This document shows positions 27,011 to 40,431 of a stretch of 64,000 bases of DNA, piece by piece (position 1 is the first letter of the stretch; each line of letters opens with the position of its first letter). Source of the DNA: Eledone cirrhosa (taxonomy: Eukaryota). The notes below the pieces were generated by a model, which ran no database searches, was not told the origin of the DNA, and worked only from the letters and a program-made list of their open reading frames with translations. The stretch lies in assembly GCA_964016885.1 (NCBI GenBank), contig CAXHJY010000114.1, positions 62,001 through 126,000 of the forward strand, written 5' to 3'. The position numbers and the translations under genes are program-made.

Positions 27011-27451
27011 GTATATATATATATGCACACACACCACACACACATATATATATATAGTGTTTCTATAGGATGAATTCATGCCATTGCCACTCCACTGCAT
27101 TTAATGTTTAAATAGATAAAATAAATATACAAATAAATCCATCCATTCAAAGTTGTCATACATTTATATATTTGGTAAGTTATAATTTTGATAAGTTTAT
27201 TCTTTAAAATGTTTCAGATATTTTGACAGCTTCCATTAGACGTTTGCTTTGAAATATATGACTTGGGACTCTATGTCTATCATAGAATTGAATTATCCTT
27301 TTGAAAACTGCGTTGAAAAACGTCTGGGAAATATTAATTAAAAACACTCTGTAAATATTATAAATACCTTCATCTGTCAAGATATTTCGTCAATGAATCT
27401 TGGTTTTTCTTAGATATTTTCTTAGATTACTCTCTTATTTACTTTGCAGAG

Positions 27452-27796
27452 AATAATTGTTTCTACTTTTGGCACAAGGCCAGCAATTATTCCAGTGCAT
27501 TACTGGTACTTTATTTTATCGACCCCGTAAGGATGAAAGGCAAAGTTAACCTCGGCGGGATTTGAACTCAGATCATAAAGGGAGGTAACTCTATGCTTCA
27601 AAGCATGGCGTCCAACCCTTACCGATACTGCCAATCCACCGTGGTTTCTGATATAGGCACAACCAGTAATTTTGGGAGAGGCGAAAGTCGATTAAATCGA
27701 CTCCAGTGTGTGACTGGTACTTTATTTTATCGACCTCGAAATCTATGCTGAAAAGCATGGCATCCGACTTTCTACCGATACTCCCAATCCACCGCC
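27452..27796 (-). mobile_element. Two adjacent family A SINEs
   Basis: Family A reverse complement twice, followed by (AAT)n. Confidence 0.85.
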
Positions 27797-27807
27797 TTTT
27801 ATAATAA

Positions 27808-27844
<37 letters not shown>

Positions 27845-27969
27845 GATTTTTTTTACTAGTATTATTTACTAATGAACCCCTGTATTAGGTGGGTCACTTC
27901 TTCTAAACTTTTATCAAATTTAAAACTTGAATAAAAGGTTTAGAACGGTTGAAAAAGGCTTCGCCAACC

Positions 27970-28019
<50 letters not shown>

Positions 28020-28273
28020 TTTCTTTATTAACCACAAGGGTTTACATAAAGTAGACATTAAGGACAGTGCAGGACAATACAGTACGGTACAAATGGGCAT
28101 TTCTGCGTGTAAAAAACAAAAACAGAGGATGTAACAAAAAATAACAATGAAAAATTCCCCAATAGGGGGGAGACTTCGGAGGGACATTTGTGGAGAAAGC
28201 CCAGTAAAAGACCACAGTGACCCTGACCACCAAGGCAAGTGCCCTCTCCCAGTTTTCCACCTTTAATTTACAG

Positions 28274-31200
28274 CTATATACTCAGAGTAGGCCCATTCAC
28301 TCGCGCCATTCTTGCTTCTCTCACCCATCTTTCAACAAAATGCTGGGAAGAGAGCACTTCCCTCTCTACTCTGATTTTCCTTTTCAAATGAAATTTGAAA
28401 AAGTCAATCAGAGCATCACCGAAGAGGTAAGTGCTCGTCTTCAGCCCTTTCAAACGTGTCCACCATACTATCTCTTTCGCCATGGCCACCAGACAGATAA
28501 AAACTGCCTGCCCTTTCCGGCTAAAGGAGGAGGGCGGGGAAATCCTCACGATGGACTCAGATGATAGCCGGATACGTCCTACACGCGACAGCAGGTGTTC
28601 GACATAAACCCACAAGTCAGCAATTTTCGGTCACTGGACCAGTGCGTGCAGGACGGTTTCGTCGCCCTGCGCGCATCTCGGACATGCCCGGCTGACGGCA
28701 CCTCCATGCCTGTAGAGTTTATCCCGAACTGGCAAGACTCCTCGGTAGCACTGCCAGGCCAGAGATTTCTGGAAGTTGTCCATAGGCCCTGGCCCGAAAG
28801 TTCTTCCGAAGAGATTGGCTAGTTGATTTTCGTCGACGCCTAGAGTTTCCCCAAGTACGTCGTCGCTCTTCCCTCCACTAATCCTCTATAGAACGCCGAG
28901 GTGGAGTTTCCACCGATCACATTGCCCGATTGGTCGAGGGCTGTGAGCGCCTGAAGACATTCCAGTCTCTAGGCGCTCCCTCTCGGTCTTCGCTTGACCC
29001 AGGACTGCAGCTCCGTCAAGGAAACGAGCTGGGTAAATACGTGTCTAGCAAACGGCGACCACACCTGATCACCGTCGAGGAAGAGGTGGAGATGTCGTAG
29101 CCTGAGCGCGTGCCTGCGCATCATCAGCCACGCCATGCCCAGCCCTCCACGTAGCGAGTGTTGACAACAGATGGACCGCCTGACCATCGGAGCGCGTCCC
29201 TTCCACAAAAAGCGAAAGAGCAAACGCTCTAGCGCAGTCAGGCGAGGCTTAGTACAAGGTACGACGGTCAGGCGGTAGCAGATGACAGACGCGATGTCCG
29301 CGTTAGCCACCTGCGCTCGACCTTTCAGGGATAGCTTCCTCTCCGTCCATTTCTGGGTGAGAGAAGCCACCCTGCTCGTCACTTCGTCCCAGTTTTTGTC
29401 CGTCTGGAGGTCCGGACCGAACCAGACCCCTAGCAATTTAACCGGTCCGTCCTTCCAGCGTCCGACGACGCTGTTGGACGGCATGGACCTGCCTCTCCAG
29501 GTGCCGAGCTGCAGGCTCACTGACTTTTCCTGGTTGATCATTGCTCCTGTCACCGCTTCGTATTCTCTTAGTGTAGTGCCGATCGCCTCGATGTGTTTGG
29601 CGTTCGACACCACTACGGTGACATCGTCCGCATATGCTGACACGGATCTTCCGCATCCTAGTTCGCGCGGGACGCCCCTCAACGTCTCCAGTTTGTGCAG
29701 TAATGGCTCGAGAGTCAATACCTACAAGAGGGAGGAGAGGGGGCATCCTTGGCGGACCGAGCGCATGATGTTGAACGGTTCCAACATGTGACCGTTCACT
29801 CTCACCACAGAGCAGATGTCGCTGTGCATGGCAGCGATCCAGCGTCTGAAGACGGGCCCAAAGCCAGCCGCCCTCAGGACTGCCGCTATGTAACGATGGT
29901 CGACCCTATCGAAAGCTTTCGACTGATCTAAATTGATCAAGGACCCACCCGTGCCAGGTTCCCTAGCTACCCTCTCTACGATGTATCGCTTGAGATGGAG
30001 GTTGTCGTGGATGGATCTGCCACCAGACCACCAACGACAAGCGCCAACCTCTTTGCTAGCACCTTGGCCAAAATCTTGAACTCTGTGTTTAGCAGAGTTA
30101 TGGGCCGGAAATTATCTATGTTATCCCCCTTGTTCGGATCCTTTCTCAGCAGTGCCACCGCTCCTCGGCTCACAGAGCTGGGAATTCTCCCGTTCTGTTG
30201 CCAGTTGCAGTAGACGTCCGCCAAGAGGCCTCCGAACAAGTTTGGCATTTGTACGTAAAGTTCATAGGGCAGACCATCCAAACCAGGCGATTTGCCCCTT
30301 GTGCAACTAGTCATTGCATCCCGTACTTCAGCGGTTGTTATCGGCTTTTCGCAACACTCCGCCTCAGTGGTTGAGAGCCGCGGCAGTCCGTCGAGGTAGA
30401 CACTAAAGTCCATCCCTCGATCCGGCCCGCCACTGCCCCCGAACAGTTGAGCGAAGTGTCGCTGAAAAGCTTCACACATTTTCCCGGGATCGAGTAGCAT
30501 GCGCCCGTCGTGGTCCACCAAAGACCGGATCGTGGCTTTGTTGCCACGACGCGCCTACGCCACTCGGGCCCATTGAACGGCTTTCGTCCCCTCGTGTCTG
30601 AGAGCACGCACCCTAGCTCTGACAACGCAGCCTTCGTGCTTTGCATTGAAGAATTGGTCAAGGGCCAATTTCGCCGCAAGCACGTCGGTCGCAATGCCTT
30701 TGCTAAGCGCCTCGTCTAATTTTCTAACTAGTTCTTCCTCTGCTCTATTTTTCTCTATTGCTAAAGCCTTACTAAACCTAATCGATTCTATTCTAAACGC
30801 TCTTTTCAGAGCAAATTACCACTTGTTGTTGACGATGGCCCCCGTCAACGCCCGCTTAACTAGTTCGCTAATCCGGTGTCTGTAGGCCTTGCGCGCTGGT
30901 AAGGACGCGTTTAGCTTCCAGTAGCCGGGTCCTCGTCTATGAAGCCTATGTAAGTCAAGTACACAGATCACGAATTTGTGGTCCGTGTAGCTGACTATCT
31001 TGAATTGTCGACAGCCTATGCTAGACCTATCTATTTCCCTACAAAATACTCTATCTAGATATGATCTGGATGACCCTATGCGGTTTGTCCAAGTCCACAT
31101 TGGCACATTCGGGAAATCCAATCGGTACCTGTCAGACAGTTCAAAACGCCTGAGCAGGTTGGTGAGGCTGTTGCACCCTCCACCCCTATCCGCTAATCCC

Positions 31201-31657
31201 ACACAGTCCCAGCGTGCATCTATGATCCCGTTTCAGTCGCCCACTAACACTAAAGAGCGGGACGTTCCAAGAAAGGTCTCCAGACGCCGGAAGAAATCAG
31301 GCCGCCCTGCTCCTGTCGGGGCATAGACGGCCACTAGCCTGAAAGCTTGCCCGTCTCCGCTGGTCACGTCCAGAACCACCAACTTACCCTCTGGGTCCAG
31401 GAAGATGGCCCGTATGGCGAGATCCAAACCTCTCCGAAAAAGCACAGCAACTCCTCCCCCGATCCAGGACGGCTGGGAGATGCATACACATCGTAGCCAC
31501 CGAAGATCGGTGCGAAGGCCCGTGCTTCGGAGATTCTGGTCTCGCTGATGGCCACTACATCTATGTTTAGTGACCTGAGGTCGTTGAGCAGGTGACCCTG
31601 CTTCCATGACGACCCCAAGCCACGCGCATTTATGCTGCCTATTCTGAGTGAGGTCAT
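28274..31657 (-). pseudogene. Tx1 ORF2 (APE endonuclease, RT, zinc finger), disrupted
   Basis: MTSLRIGSINARGL, AVYAP, LVGD, YLDR, YTDHK, SPGLDGLPYE, FRPITLLN, DQSKAFDRV, QGCPLS, AYADDV spread over several frames and stops. Confidence 0.92.
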
Positions 31658-31659
31658 GT

Positions 31660-33815
31660 TTAAAATAGAGTGGAAAAGATGGGAAAGACCACTTGCCGTA
31701 CTTTTCGTAGAGGAGGGATGGTTTTTCCATCCCTTTTCACTCGATCGTCTGGTGAAGGGACCGTTGAATCGTCCCTTCGGCTGGTCGTCGGCTCTTCTAT
31801 GAGTATGTCCGAATATACTCTTCGGTTGAGAGTCCCTCCTAGGTCTCTGAAATCACCAACTGCGTTGGGGAATTTCGTTTTAATGTTTGTGTATTGTTTC
31901 TGTGCTATTTTTAGCAGTCTTATGTTAGTTAGCGTTTTGATTGGTGCTGGTATTATGTAGTCGTGTTGTGAAATGTCTGTGTGTTCAATTATGTAAGTCA
32001 TTAGTTTCTTGTTGTGTGTATTTATTGCCGTGCATTTGTTTTTCTGGGAGTGGGGTGTGGTTCTGCTATTTTCTTGTCGTTGTTGCTGGGTGTGTGTGTT
32101 TTGTTGTTGTGTTTGCGATGTTGGTGCTTGTGGTGGTGGTGTTGAAGGTGTTGTTGTTGTTGGCGGTGGGGTTGTCGCCGGTGGTGATGGTGGTGCTAGT
32201 GTGGGTGGTGATGGTGTTGGTGGTGTTGCTGCTGTGAGTCTCTTTGCAGTAGCCTTTACCCTTTTTTCATTTCTTTCCTCCCTTTTCGAAGGCGACGATG
32301 CGCTGCTTCTGCGTTTGTGCCTTCTTACGACCTTTTGCCATCCCTCTCCCACCTCACACTCCATGTCTGATTCTGTGAGGTCGGGGAGGGGTACCAGCCC
32401 CACTCTTTCACTAGTTGTTGTTGGTGATGTTTGCACTGGAGTCTCTGTTGCAGCTGCATTTGGTATTGCTGTTTTTGTTGTTAATACTTCCATTTCTGCT
32501 GCTGTTTTTGATTTCCGTGGCGTGGGTATAGGTGCCACGGACCTATCGTTCCTGGTTGCCGCTTGTCCTGTTGCTGGTAGCCGTGGAGCCGGTTTCGGAA
32601 GGAGGGGGGTTTTCTCCTTTCTCAGGGTCTTCTCGTTGCAGAAGGCCCTGAGGTGAGTCTTCGATCCACAGCGAAAACATTTCGGGCGTTTGCCCTCAAC
32701 ACTTATGGGCAGTTGAGTGCCGTTATCGAAGTTTATCACATCCTGGATAGCTTCGATGCACTCCTTGTTGGTTTGGATTAACATCTCAATGGAGTGCCGA
32801 CCCAATCTTCTCTTACTTTTTTCTGTACTTGCAGTACAGTTGTTTTGTCCTCGATTCCGACGAGGACAGACGCGGCCATCCAAGAAGAGGCCATCCCAGG
32901 GGGGGGGGGGAGTGGGTCAGTTTGACCCTCACAATTTTTAGCCCGCAGTAGGAGGGCACCAACACCATTTCCTCGCTCCTTAGGGTCACTAAGGATTGAG
33001 CCTTTGCCTCCTGGGGTGTGGCAAAAAGCACGTCTACGGTGGCATATTTCTTGCCTCGGGTTTTCTGCTGCCACACAGACCCCAAGGCTTTTTGTATTTG
33101 AGCCTCTGTGGCTCTTTCAACCCTACGGGATTTTGTACTTACTGTACGGTACGTGACCGTACAGTGCTGTTGGGTTTCGAAAAATTTTTGGGCTGCCTTG
33201 CAGATTGCTCGGTGTCCAGTTTTTGTCACCATCTTCTTCGCTTCCTCTAATTCCTCATTTGTTATGAGGATGGTTTCCAGGTTCTTTGCGATACCTGCAA
33301 ACGAGATTGGTTTTTCTTTGCTGCTGTTGTTGTTGTTGTTGTCGTCAAAGCTGCTGTTACTTTTGTTGTTGCTGCAGGTACTACGACTACTGCCGCCGCC
33401 GCTGTTGCTGTGGTTGTTGTTGTTGTTGCTGCTGCTGCTGTTGTTGTTGCTGCTAATGCTGTTGTTGTTTATGCTGCTGCTGATGTTGTTGCGGCTGCTA
33501 CTGTTGTTTTCCTTGTCACTGTTGCTGCTGTTATTACGGTTGCTACTGCTATTATTCCTGACGTCAGACGAATGAAATGGGTTTTCGTATTTCCCGCACA
33601 CCTTTTTCGTCGTTGTCGTCGTCGTCGTGGAGAAATATTGCACGCTTTGCACGTGATTTTTCTTTTCTGGCGTCGCTTGCGAAAGAGAAGGGAGGGAGAG
33701 GGACACATTTAGAGAAGAGAGGGAGAGACAATCTTCTCTCTGCTGTCGTGACGATTGAGGAAGAAGAAGACGGAATGAGTGGGAGTGACCTATGAAAATT
33801 GTTTTTCGTAGCCAT
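31660..33815 (-). pseudogene. Tx1 ORF1 (CCHC knuckle), frameshifted
   Basis: VEGKRPKCFRCGSKTHLRAFC; Asn/Ser-rich N-terminus; frameshift near the G12 run at ~32899-32910 and another near 33570. Confidence 0.8.
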
Positions 33816-34030
33816 GTTGTTTTTTTGTTTAAAATAAATATTGGGCACAAAACCCCAATAAGCGGTTATTTAACCCCGAAGGGCCAAATAACAGGCAGAA
33901 AGACCCCTCTCACGTGGAGGAGGGTGTTTTTGTCTACAAGTTGGTTAAAGTTTTAAACAATTTACAATTGTTATAGCGGTCAAAATTTAGAATACCTTAC
34001 AGAGCCGAGCCTCCGTCAACCATAGCATTC

Positions 34031-34079
<49 letters not shown>

Positions 34080-34094
34080 TTATTATTATTATTT

Positions 34095-34530
34095 TAGGAT
34101 ACAGACGGACAAGATACTGGAACACAATAGACCTGACTTGGTGGTTTTGGACAAGGGAAAAAGATCGTGCCTGATTGTAGATATAGCCAGCCCATTTGAC
34201 ACGAGAGTGCAAGAGAAGGAGAGGGAGAAAATTAACCGATACCAGGACTTAAAGTGGGAGGTAAAAAGGATTTGGAACTGCCATGAGTCAAAGTGGTGCC
34301 GATTGTCATAGGCGCACTAGGTATTATCTCAAAGAGATAAAGAGTTAAAGAAAATTGGTCCCACCCCGCTTTTTGGATTACTTCAAAAAGCATGCTTGCT
34401 GGGAACAGCAAGAACCCTCCGATACGTCCTGAATATCTGAGGCTGCAGGTAGTGGCTTGATATTCATTTCAACAAACTTTCCAGTTAAATAACATCAATG
34501 ACTGATACTTAAAGAACAACAATAATAATA
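34095..34530 (+). mobile_element. R4/Dong-clade LINE 3' fragment (RLE domain and 3' UTR)
   Basis: VVLDKGKRSCLIVDIASPFDTRVQEKEREKINRYQDLKWEVKRIW, VVPIVIGALG, LQKACLLGTARTLR; (AAT)n tail. Confidence 0.85.
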
Positions 34531-34724
34531 ATTGTTTCTACTTTTGGCACAAGACCAGAAATTACCCAGTACATTACTGGTACTTTATTTTATCAACTCC
34601 GTATGGATGAAAGGCAAAGTTAACCTGGGCGGGATTTGAACTCAGATCTTAAAGGGACGTAATTATGCTGGAAAGCATGTCCGACCCTCTACCGATACTG
34701 CCAATTCATCAATAATAATAATAG

Positions 34725-36057
34725 CTTAACTTGCTTGACCACAATGTATAACATCTTAACATCAGCCCTAAATGAATATACATATGATCACCTGATAACA
34801 AATGATCTATTTCCCAGTGAGCAGAAAGGGCGTAAACGAGGCTCATATGGCTGTAAGGATCAGCTTTTGATTAACAAAATGATACTGGAAGATTGTCATA
34901 ATAGACAAAAAATTCTATCAATTGCTTGGATGGATTACGAAAACGCATTCGATAGTTTGCCACACAGTTGGATTGAAAAGTGTTTAGAGATTTTCAAAAT
35001 ATCTCCCGTTGTCAGGAGGTTCCTGTCATTCAGTACGAAAACATGGAAAACGACACTCCTTTTGAATAATGAAAAAAAAAAAAAAATCACTGGAAGCTGG
35101 AGAAGTTAATATTAATTGTGGAATTTTTCAGGGTGACTCTTTATCACCGCTTTTATTCCGCATCGCACTTATACCATTAAGTAAAATGCTCAATGAAACA
35201 AAACAAGTATATAAAGTCTATGACAAAACCATTAATCACTTGTTCTACATGGATGACCTGAAACTATTTGCAAAAAATGATGAGCAATTGCAATATCCAC
35301 TGTGAAGCAGTTCAGTGATAATATTAAAATGGAGTTCGGACTAGAGAAATTCGCCAAAGCCACGTTCACCAGAGGAATGCTGCTGAGAAGTTCAGACATC
35401 AATCTTGATCGGGGGAATGTGATAAGAGCACTTCATCAAGAGGAAACTTACAAATATCTAGGTGTTTGTGAAGGAGACGCAATCAAGCACTCGACAATGA
35501 GGGAAAGGATAAGGAAGGAATGTTACCGCAGAGTAAGAGCAATCTTAAGAACGGAGTTGAATGCAAGGAAAAGGATCGATGCCATAAACACGTTTGCCAT
35601 ACCAGTAGTAACCTACAGTTACAATGTCATCAACTGGTCAAGCACAGAGATCCGTAGGCTTGATACAAAAATCAGAAAATTTTTAACCATGCACAGAACG
35701 CGTCACTCTAGGGCAGATACAGATATAATATATCTCCCTAGGAAAGAAGGAGGACGTGGGTTAATCCAGTTAAATATTGCGTTGAAAACTGCAACAATTG
35801 GATTATCTATATATCTAAGGGAGGCACATGATTGGTACTATCTCAAGGAGTTTCCAAGGATGGTTAAAGAAGATTAATCCCCCCTCCCGTTTTTTGTAAC
35901 ACTTCAAAAGGCATACTTGCTGGGAACAGCAAGAACCCTCCGATACTTTCCTGAATATCTGAGGCTGCAGGTACCGGCTTGATATTCATTCCAACAAACT
36001 TTCCAGTTAATTAACATCAATGACTGAGACTCAAAGAACAATAATAATAATAATAAT
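34725..36057 (+). mobile_element. R4/Dong-clade LINE, 5'-truncated and internally deleted
   Basis: EQKG..GSYGCKDQLLINK, AWMDYENAFDSLPHSW, GIFQGDSLSPLLF, HLFYMDDLKLF, YKYLG, YLPRKEGGRGL; same 3' UTR as 34440-34520; (AAT)n on both flanks. Confidence 0.9.
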
Positions 36058-36124
36058 TGTTTCTACTTTTGACAACAATTATCCCAGTGTATTACTGGTG
36101 CTTAATAATGATTTCTACTATAGA

Positions 36125-36298
36125 ACATCTATCAACTATCCACGTCCGACGCGGATATTTTTTATAGCATTTGGGGTGTGTGAAAATGGGTAAAGCTTTC
36201 ATTATGTAAAATCTCCACATTTTGCCTCATTTCTCCCCGTTTTGGGGCACTTTTTTTCATGATACTTCCCGTTTGGGTTTTTAGAGCTTGGTAGGTAT
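36125..36298. mobile_element. hAT-like MITE, decayed copy
   Basis: Internal ttttgcctcatttctccccgtt shared with 11383-11546. Confidence 0.6.
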
Positions 36299-36929
36299 AG
36301 GCACAAAGTCAGCAAATTTGGGGAGGGAAAATCGATTAAATTGACCCCAATGCATTACTGATACTTTATTTTATCGGTCCTATAAGGATGAAAGGCAAAG
36401 CTAACCTCGGTGGGATTTGAATACATAACGTAAAGGGACATAACTCTATACTGCAAAGCATGGTGTCCGAGGCCAATTCACTTCCCTAATAATGGTTTCT
36501 TATATAGGCACAAGGCCAGCAATTACTGGTACATTACTGGTACTTTATTTTATCGACCCTGTAAGGATGAAAGGCTAAGCACACAACACCATCTGGTCCA
36601 TGAATCTGACCCACGACTATATGATTGTGAGTCCAACACCCTACCCATTATACCACAAGCTTTAACACAGAACCCCACTTCCATTAAATTTATATTAAAC
36701 GTAGTTTAATTCTTAGAAATGGTAGAGCCTCAGATATAATGCTGTGTGATATTGGGTGACCTCTCATTACGTAGTAGTTCCATTTGATGATTGGCTCCTT
36801 TATTTGTGACGGCGCGAGCCCGTGTGGTTTGGGTGTTGGACTCACGATCGTACACACTACATACTGCCTCCTGTTATATATGCACACACACATACACACA
36901 CGAGTGTGTGTGTGTGTGTGAGAGAGGGA

Positions 36930-36962
<33 letters not shown>

Positions 36963-37377
36963 CATATAATTCATATGAAGTCCGGCATATTTGATTGTAT
37001 TTTCTTTCTGAAAATTCTTTACTATTGAACTCATAATTGATTAACTCAAATATATCTAATCTACTAATGTTAGGTGCTAATTAGTCCTGAAATTATTATC
37101 AAATATATGGTATATTTTGATGATAGAATATTTGAAGCACTGTACCAAATTTGTAGAATTGAAAAATAAACAAGGAATAACCCCCCAAAATGGAAATCTT
37201 TTCGAACAAATAATCAATTCCGCTTCCAATGCAACGATATTTTCCATCAATTCTTTAACACTTCGCTCACCATATTTCTAATGAAAGACACTGTAGGTGG
37301 TTTGAAAATAATTTTAAAATAATCAAGAATTTCGATTTATTTAGTAATAATCTACCTTTGATTATTTTTCTCTTGTT

Positions 37378-37790
37378 TGTGGATTGTCAGTAGAATCGGT
37401 AGAGCGTCAATCAAAATGCTTTGCGGTATATAGTTACATCCCTTTACGTTCTGAGTTCAAATCTCGCCGAAGTTAGCTTTGCCTTTCATCCTTAGAGGGT
37501 CAATAAAATAACGTACCAGTCAACCCCTGGTGTTGATATAATGATCCCCTCCCCCCACAAAAAATTGTTGCCATTGTACTTAAATCAGGAACCATTACAG
37601 CGTAAGTGGCTTTACAACATATAGTTACATCATTTTATATTCTGAGTTCAAATCCCGCCGAGATTAATATTGCCCTTCATCCTTACGGGGTCGATAAAAT
37701 AAAGTACCAGTTAAGCATTGAGGTCGATTTAATCGACTTTCCCTTCCCCCCAAATTGTTGGCCTTGTCCCTAAATCAGAAACCATTATTT
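37378..37790 (+). mobile_element. Two family A SINE copies
   Basis: Family A core twice; tails end aaaccatt. Confidence 0.75.
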
Positions 37791-39444
37791 ATCTCCTGTT
37801 TAGAAGATCACTTAAAGGTTCTTACTTTAAATTATGAAGGAATATTCTTTAGATAAATATAAACCTTTTAAAAATAAACAGCTCTACAACATAGAAAACA
37901 AGGTCGGCTTTAAGCGTTTTTGTATCATTAGAATTTTTCATCTTTTTTTTTAAACCACTATATATACATGTAAAGACACGTGGCTCAGTGTAGTGGTTAG
38001 AGAATTGGATTCGTAATCGCGAGGTTACGAATTCAATTCCCACACATGGTAATGCGTTATGTACTTGAGCAAATCACTTTATTTCACATTGCTCCTTCTA
38101 CCAGGAGTGGCGACCGGTAGATACTATTAGCAATGGGAAGAGCAATGGAAATATAACTTCCTTGGTCTGATTTGATAAGCCCCTACCCAACTCGGTATGG
38201 GATCTTGTCGATCGATTCTTTTTTATTTATATTCTGTCAACACAGAAAAATAAATTCAATTCATAACTAAATTCTATAGTTCAATGAAATTTACAGAACA
38301 CATTCTTTTGTGAGGGACTTATGAGTAATTTAAAAAAAAGGAATCCTGCTTGATTTGCATCAAATTGTTAATTAAGATGGTTTTGAATATCCAAAGAATA
38401 TTGAAGGATGACAAATTAATGTTGTTCTTGTTACTAAAGTCATTTATTTAACACATGTTTTTATTATTCATACGATGGAAATTTTCTATGTCGTTAAGAC
38501 AAACACAGAGCATTATTTTCTTTTTTGGAGAATAATCACGAAAAGTTAATAATTTCCCCTCGACTGATATTAACATTGATTGTATAAACAAAATAAGGAA
38601 TTTAAAAATACAAGAAATTGATGAGGATTTTCAATATCGTTGAGTACTGTTTCTGGTTAATGTTTAATCAATGTGCAAAGTTTACATTGGAGACAAACCA
38701 ATTGTCAGTGTACTCTTATAGAAATGTATAGAAAAAAATAAACAGTGGAAAAGAGAGTAGGAAGGTCGTGATTATAAAAAAAATATGTTTACACTACTTT
38801 TTTGTTGTTTGTTGAAAGATCCCAATTTTAATTAACGGAAGTCATTTAAAAATTGATATTCTACACCTAATTTTCTGTTTTGCATCAAAGCTAGACGCTT
38901 GACTGCATATGTACATTGAAACAAGCTACTCTTCTGTTATATGTATAAAGCAATAAATAATGTTCATTATTTCTGAAACATTCATGTTTTAAAATTACAC
39001 AAAATATTTCTTTAAAGGAATGAGGGTTAAAATCAACAACTTTTTATCGATTACAGTTGAAAAGAATGAAAAAACAAGGTGAAAGAAAAATACATGAGAG
39101 AGTTCTTTGTAAAATCGTAGCCATAGTTTTAATAGCGGCAATACTACAGTATTACTAATATGATTACTGCAAGCTATATTAATTTACACGTGAACGCAGG
39201 CATGACTGAGCAATCATGATGCCAATGCATGACACTTTGGTCAAGTGTCTTTTACTATAGACTCGAGTCGTTCCAAGCCTTAATGGTGAAATTGGAGAGG
39301 CGGAAACTGCGAAGAAGCCCGTTAGATGGATTTTATTTGTAATTCAAAGGTTAAGCTTTGTCGCACATTGTGTCACACCGATTTAGTTTAGGAATTTTGT
39401 TACGGGTACACGTGTCAGTCGAATATTCAACTACTTACATTATA

Positions 39445-39658
39445 ATGGTTTCTGATTTAGACACAAAACCAACAATTTTTTGGGAAGGGGAAAGTCGATT
39501 AAATTGATATCAGTGCATTACTGGTCCTTTAATTTATCGAACCCTGTAAGGACGAAAGGCAAAGCTAACCTCGGTGGGATTTTGAAATTAGAACGTAAAG
39601 GGCCATAACTCTATGCCGAAAAGCATGTTGTCCGACGTTCTACCGATGCTGCCAATCC
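39445..39658 (-). mobile_element. SINE family A inserted into a family B SINE
   Basis: caactacttacatt(a/t)taat duplicated on both sides. Confidence 0.8.
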
Positions 39659-40235
39659 AACTACTTACATTTTAATACAAGATGGATTGTATTTAAATCA
39701 AAGATCTTGTTACATATTGTGTCACACTGATTCGGTTTGGGAATCATGTTAAGGGTACACGTGTCTGTGGGATATTCATTATTAATATTATTCCTTATTA
39801 ATATTAATTAATGTTACACATTAATTATTGAGTTGAGAATTAGTTGATTTAAAATAACTGAAGGTTCATCGTCGAAACTCCTCAGAAGAGGCCAGCTTGG
39901 AAAGGGATATACTATTCTACAGGTAACTATTGGTTTAAGAGAAGATTCACTGCTTTTCTTATGACAGGAGGCGGGATTTGAATGCAGAACGCCCAGAGAC
40001 GGAACATATGCTACAAACATTCCATCCGCCAGACTCTTTAACGATTCTGCCAATCCACCGACTCCTGTACTTCATCGATCCTGAAAGGCCGAAATACAAA
40101 GTTGCTCTCTTCGGTGTGATGTGAACTCAAAGCGTAGAATGTTGGAACAAATATCAAGGTATTTAATCTGGTGCTCGAGCGATTCTGTCAATTCGTCACC
40201 TTTAGGCAGCTGCCCTACATTCATTTTTTATACAA

Positions 40236-40431
40236 CAGACCTGCCAGCCTCTAAAAGCTCAAATGGAGAGTACTATGAAAAAAAGGGCCCCAAATCGGGG
40301 AGAAATGAGTCAAAATGGAGAGATTTTACATAATAAAATCTATACCCATTTTCACAAGAGAAGACATCTCTCACATACCCCAAGGTAGGTGGGAATATCT
40401 CCTTGTCGGACGTGGAGAGTTGACAGGTCTG
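40236..40431. mobile_element. hAT-like MITE
   Basis: TIRs cagacctgcca / tgacaggtctg; reverse orientation relative to 11383-11546; TSD not evident. Confidence 0.7.

Larger units (their letters stand above)
28019..34030 (-). mobile_element. Full-length decayed L1/Tx1-clade LINE in (ATT)n
   Basis: ORF1 and ORF2 remnants colinear with the intact element at 57375-63093; (AAT)n on both flanks; 3' end cccttgtggttaataaagaaatc-(att)n. Confidence 0.93.
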
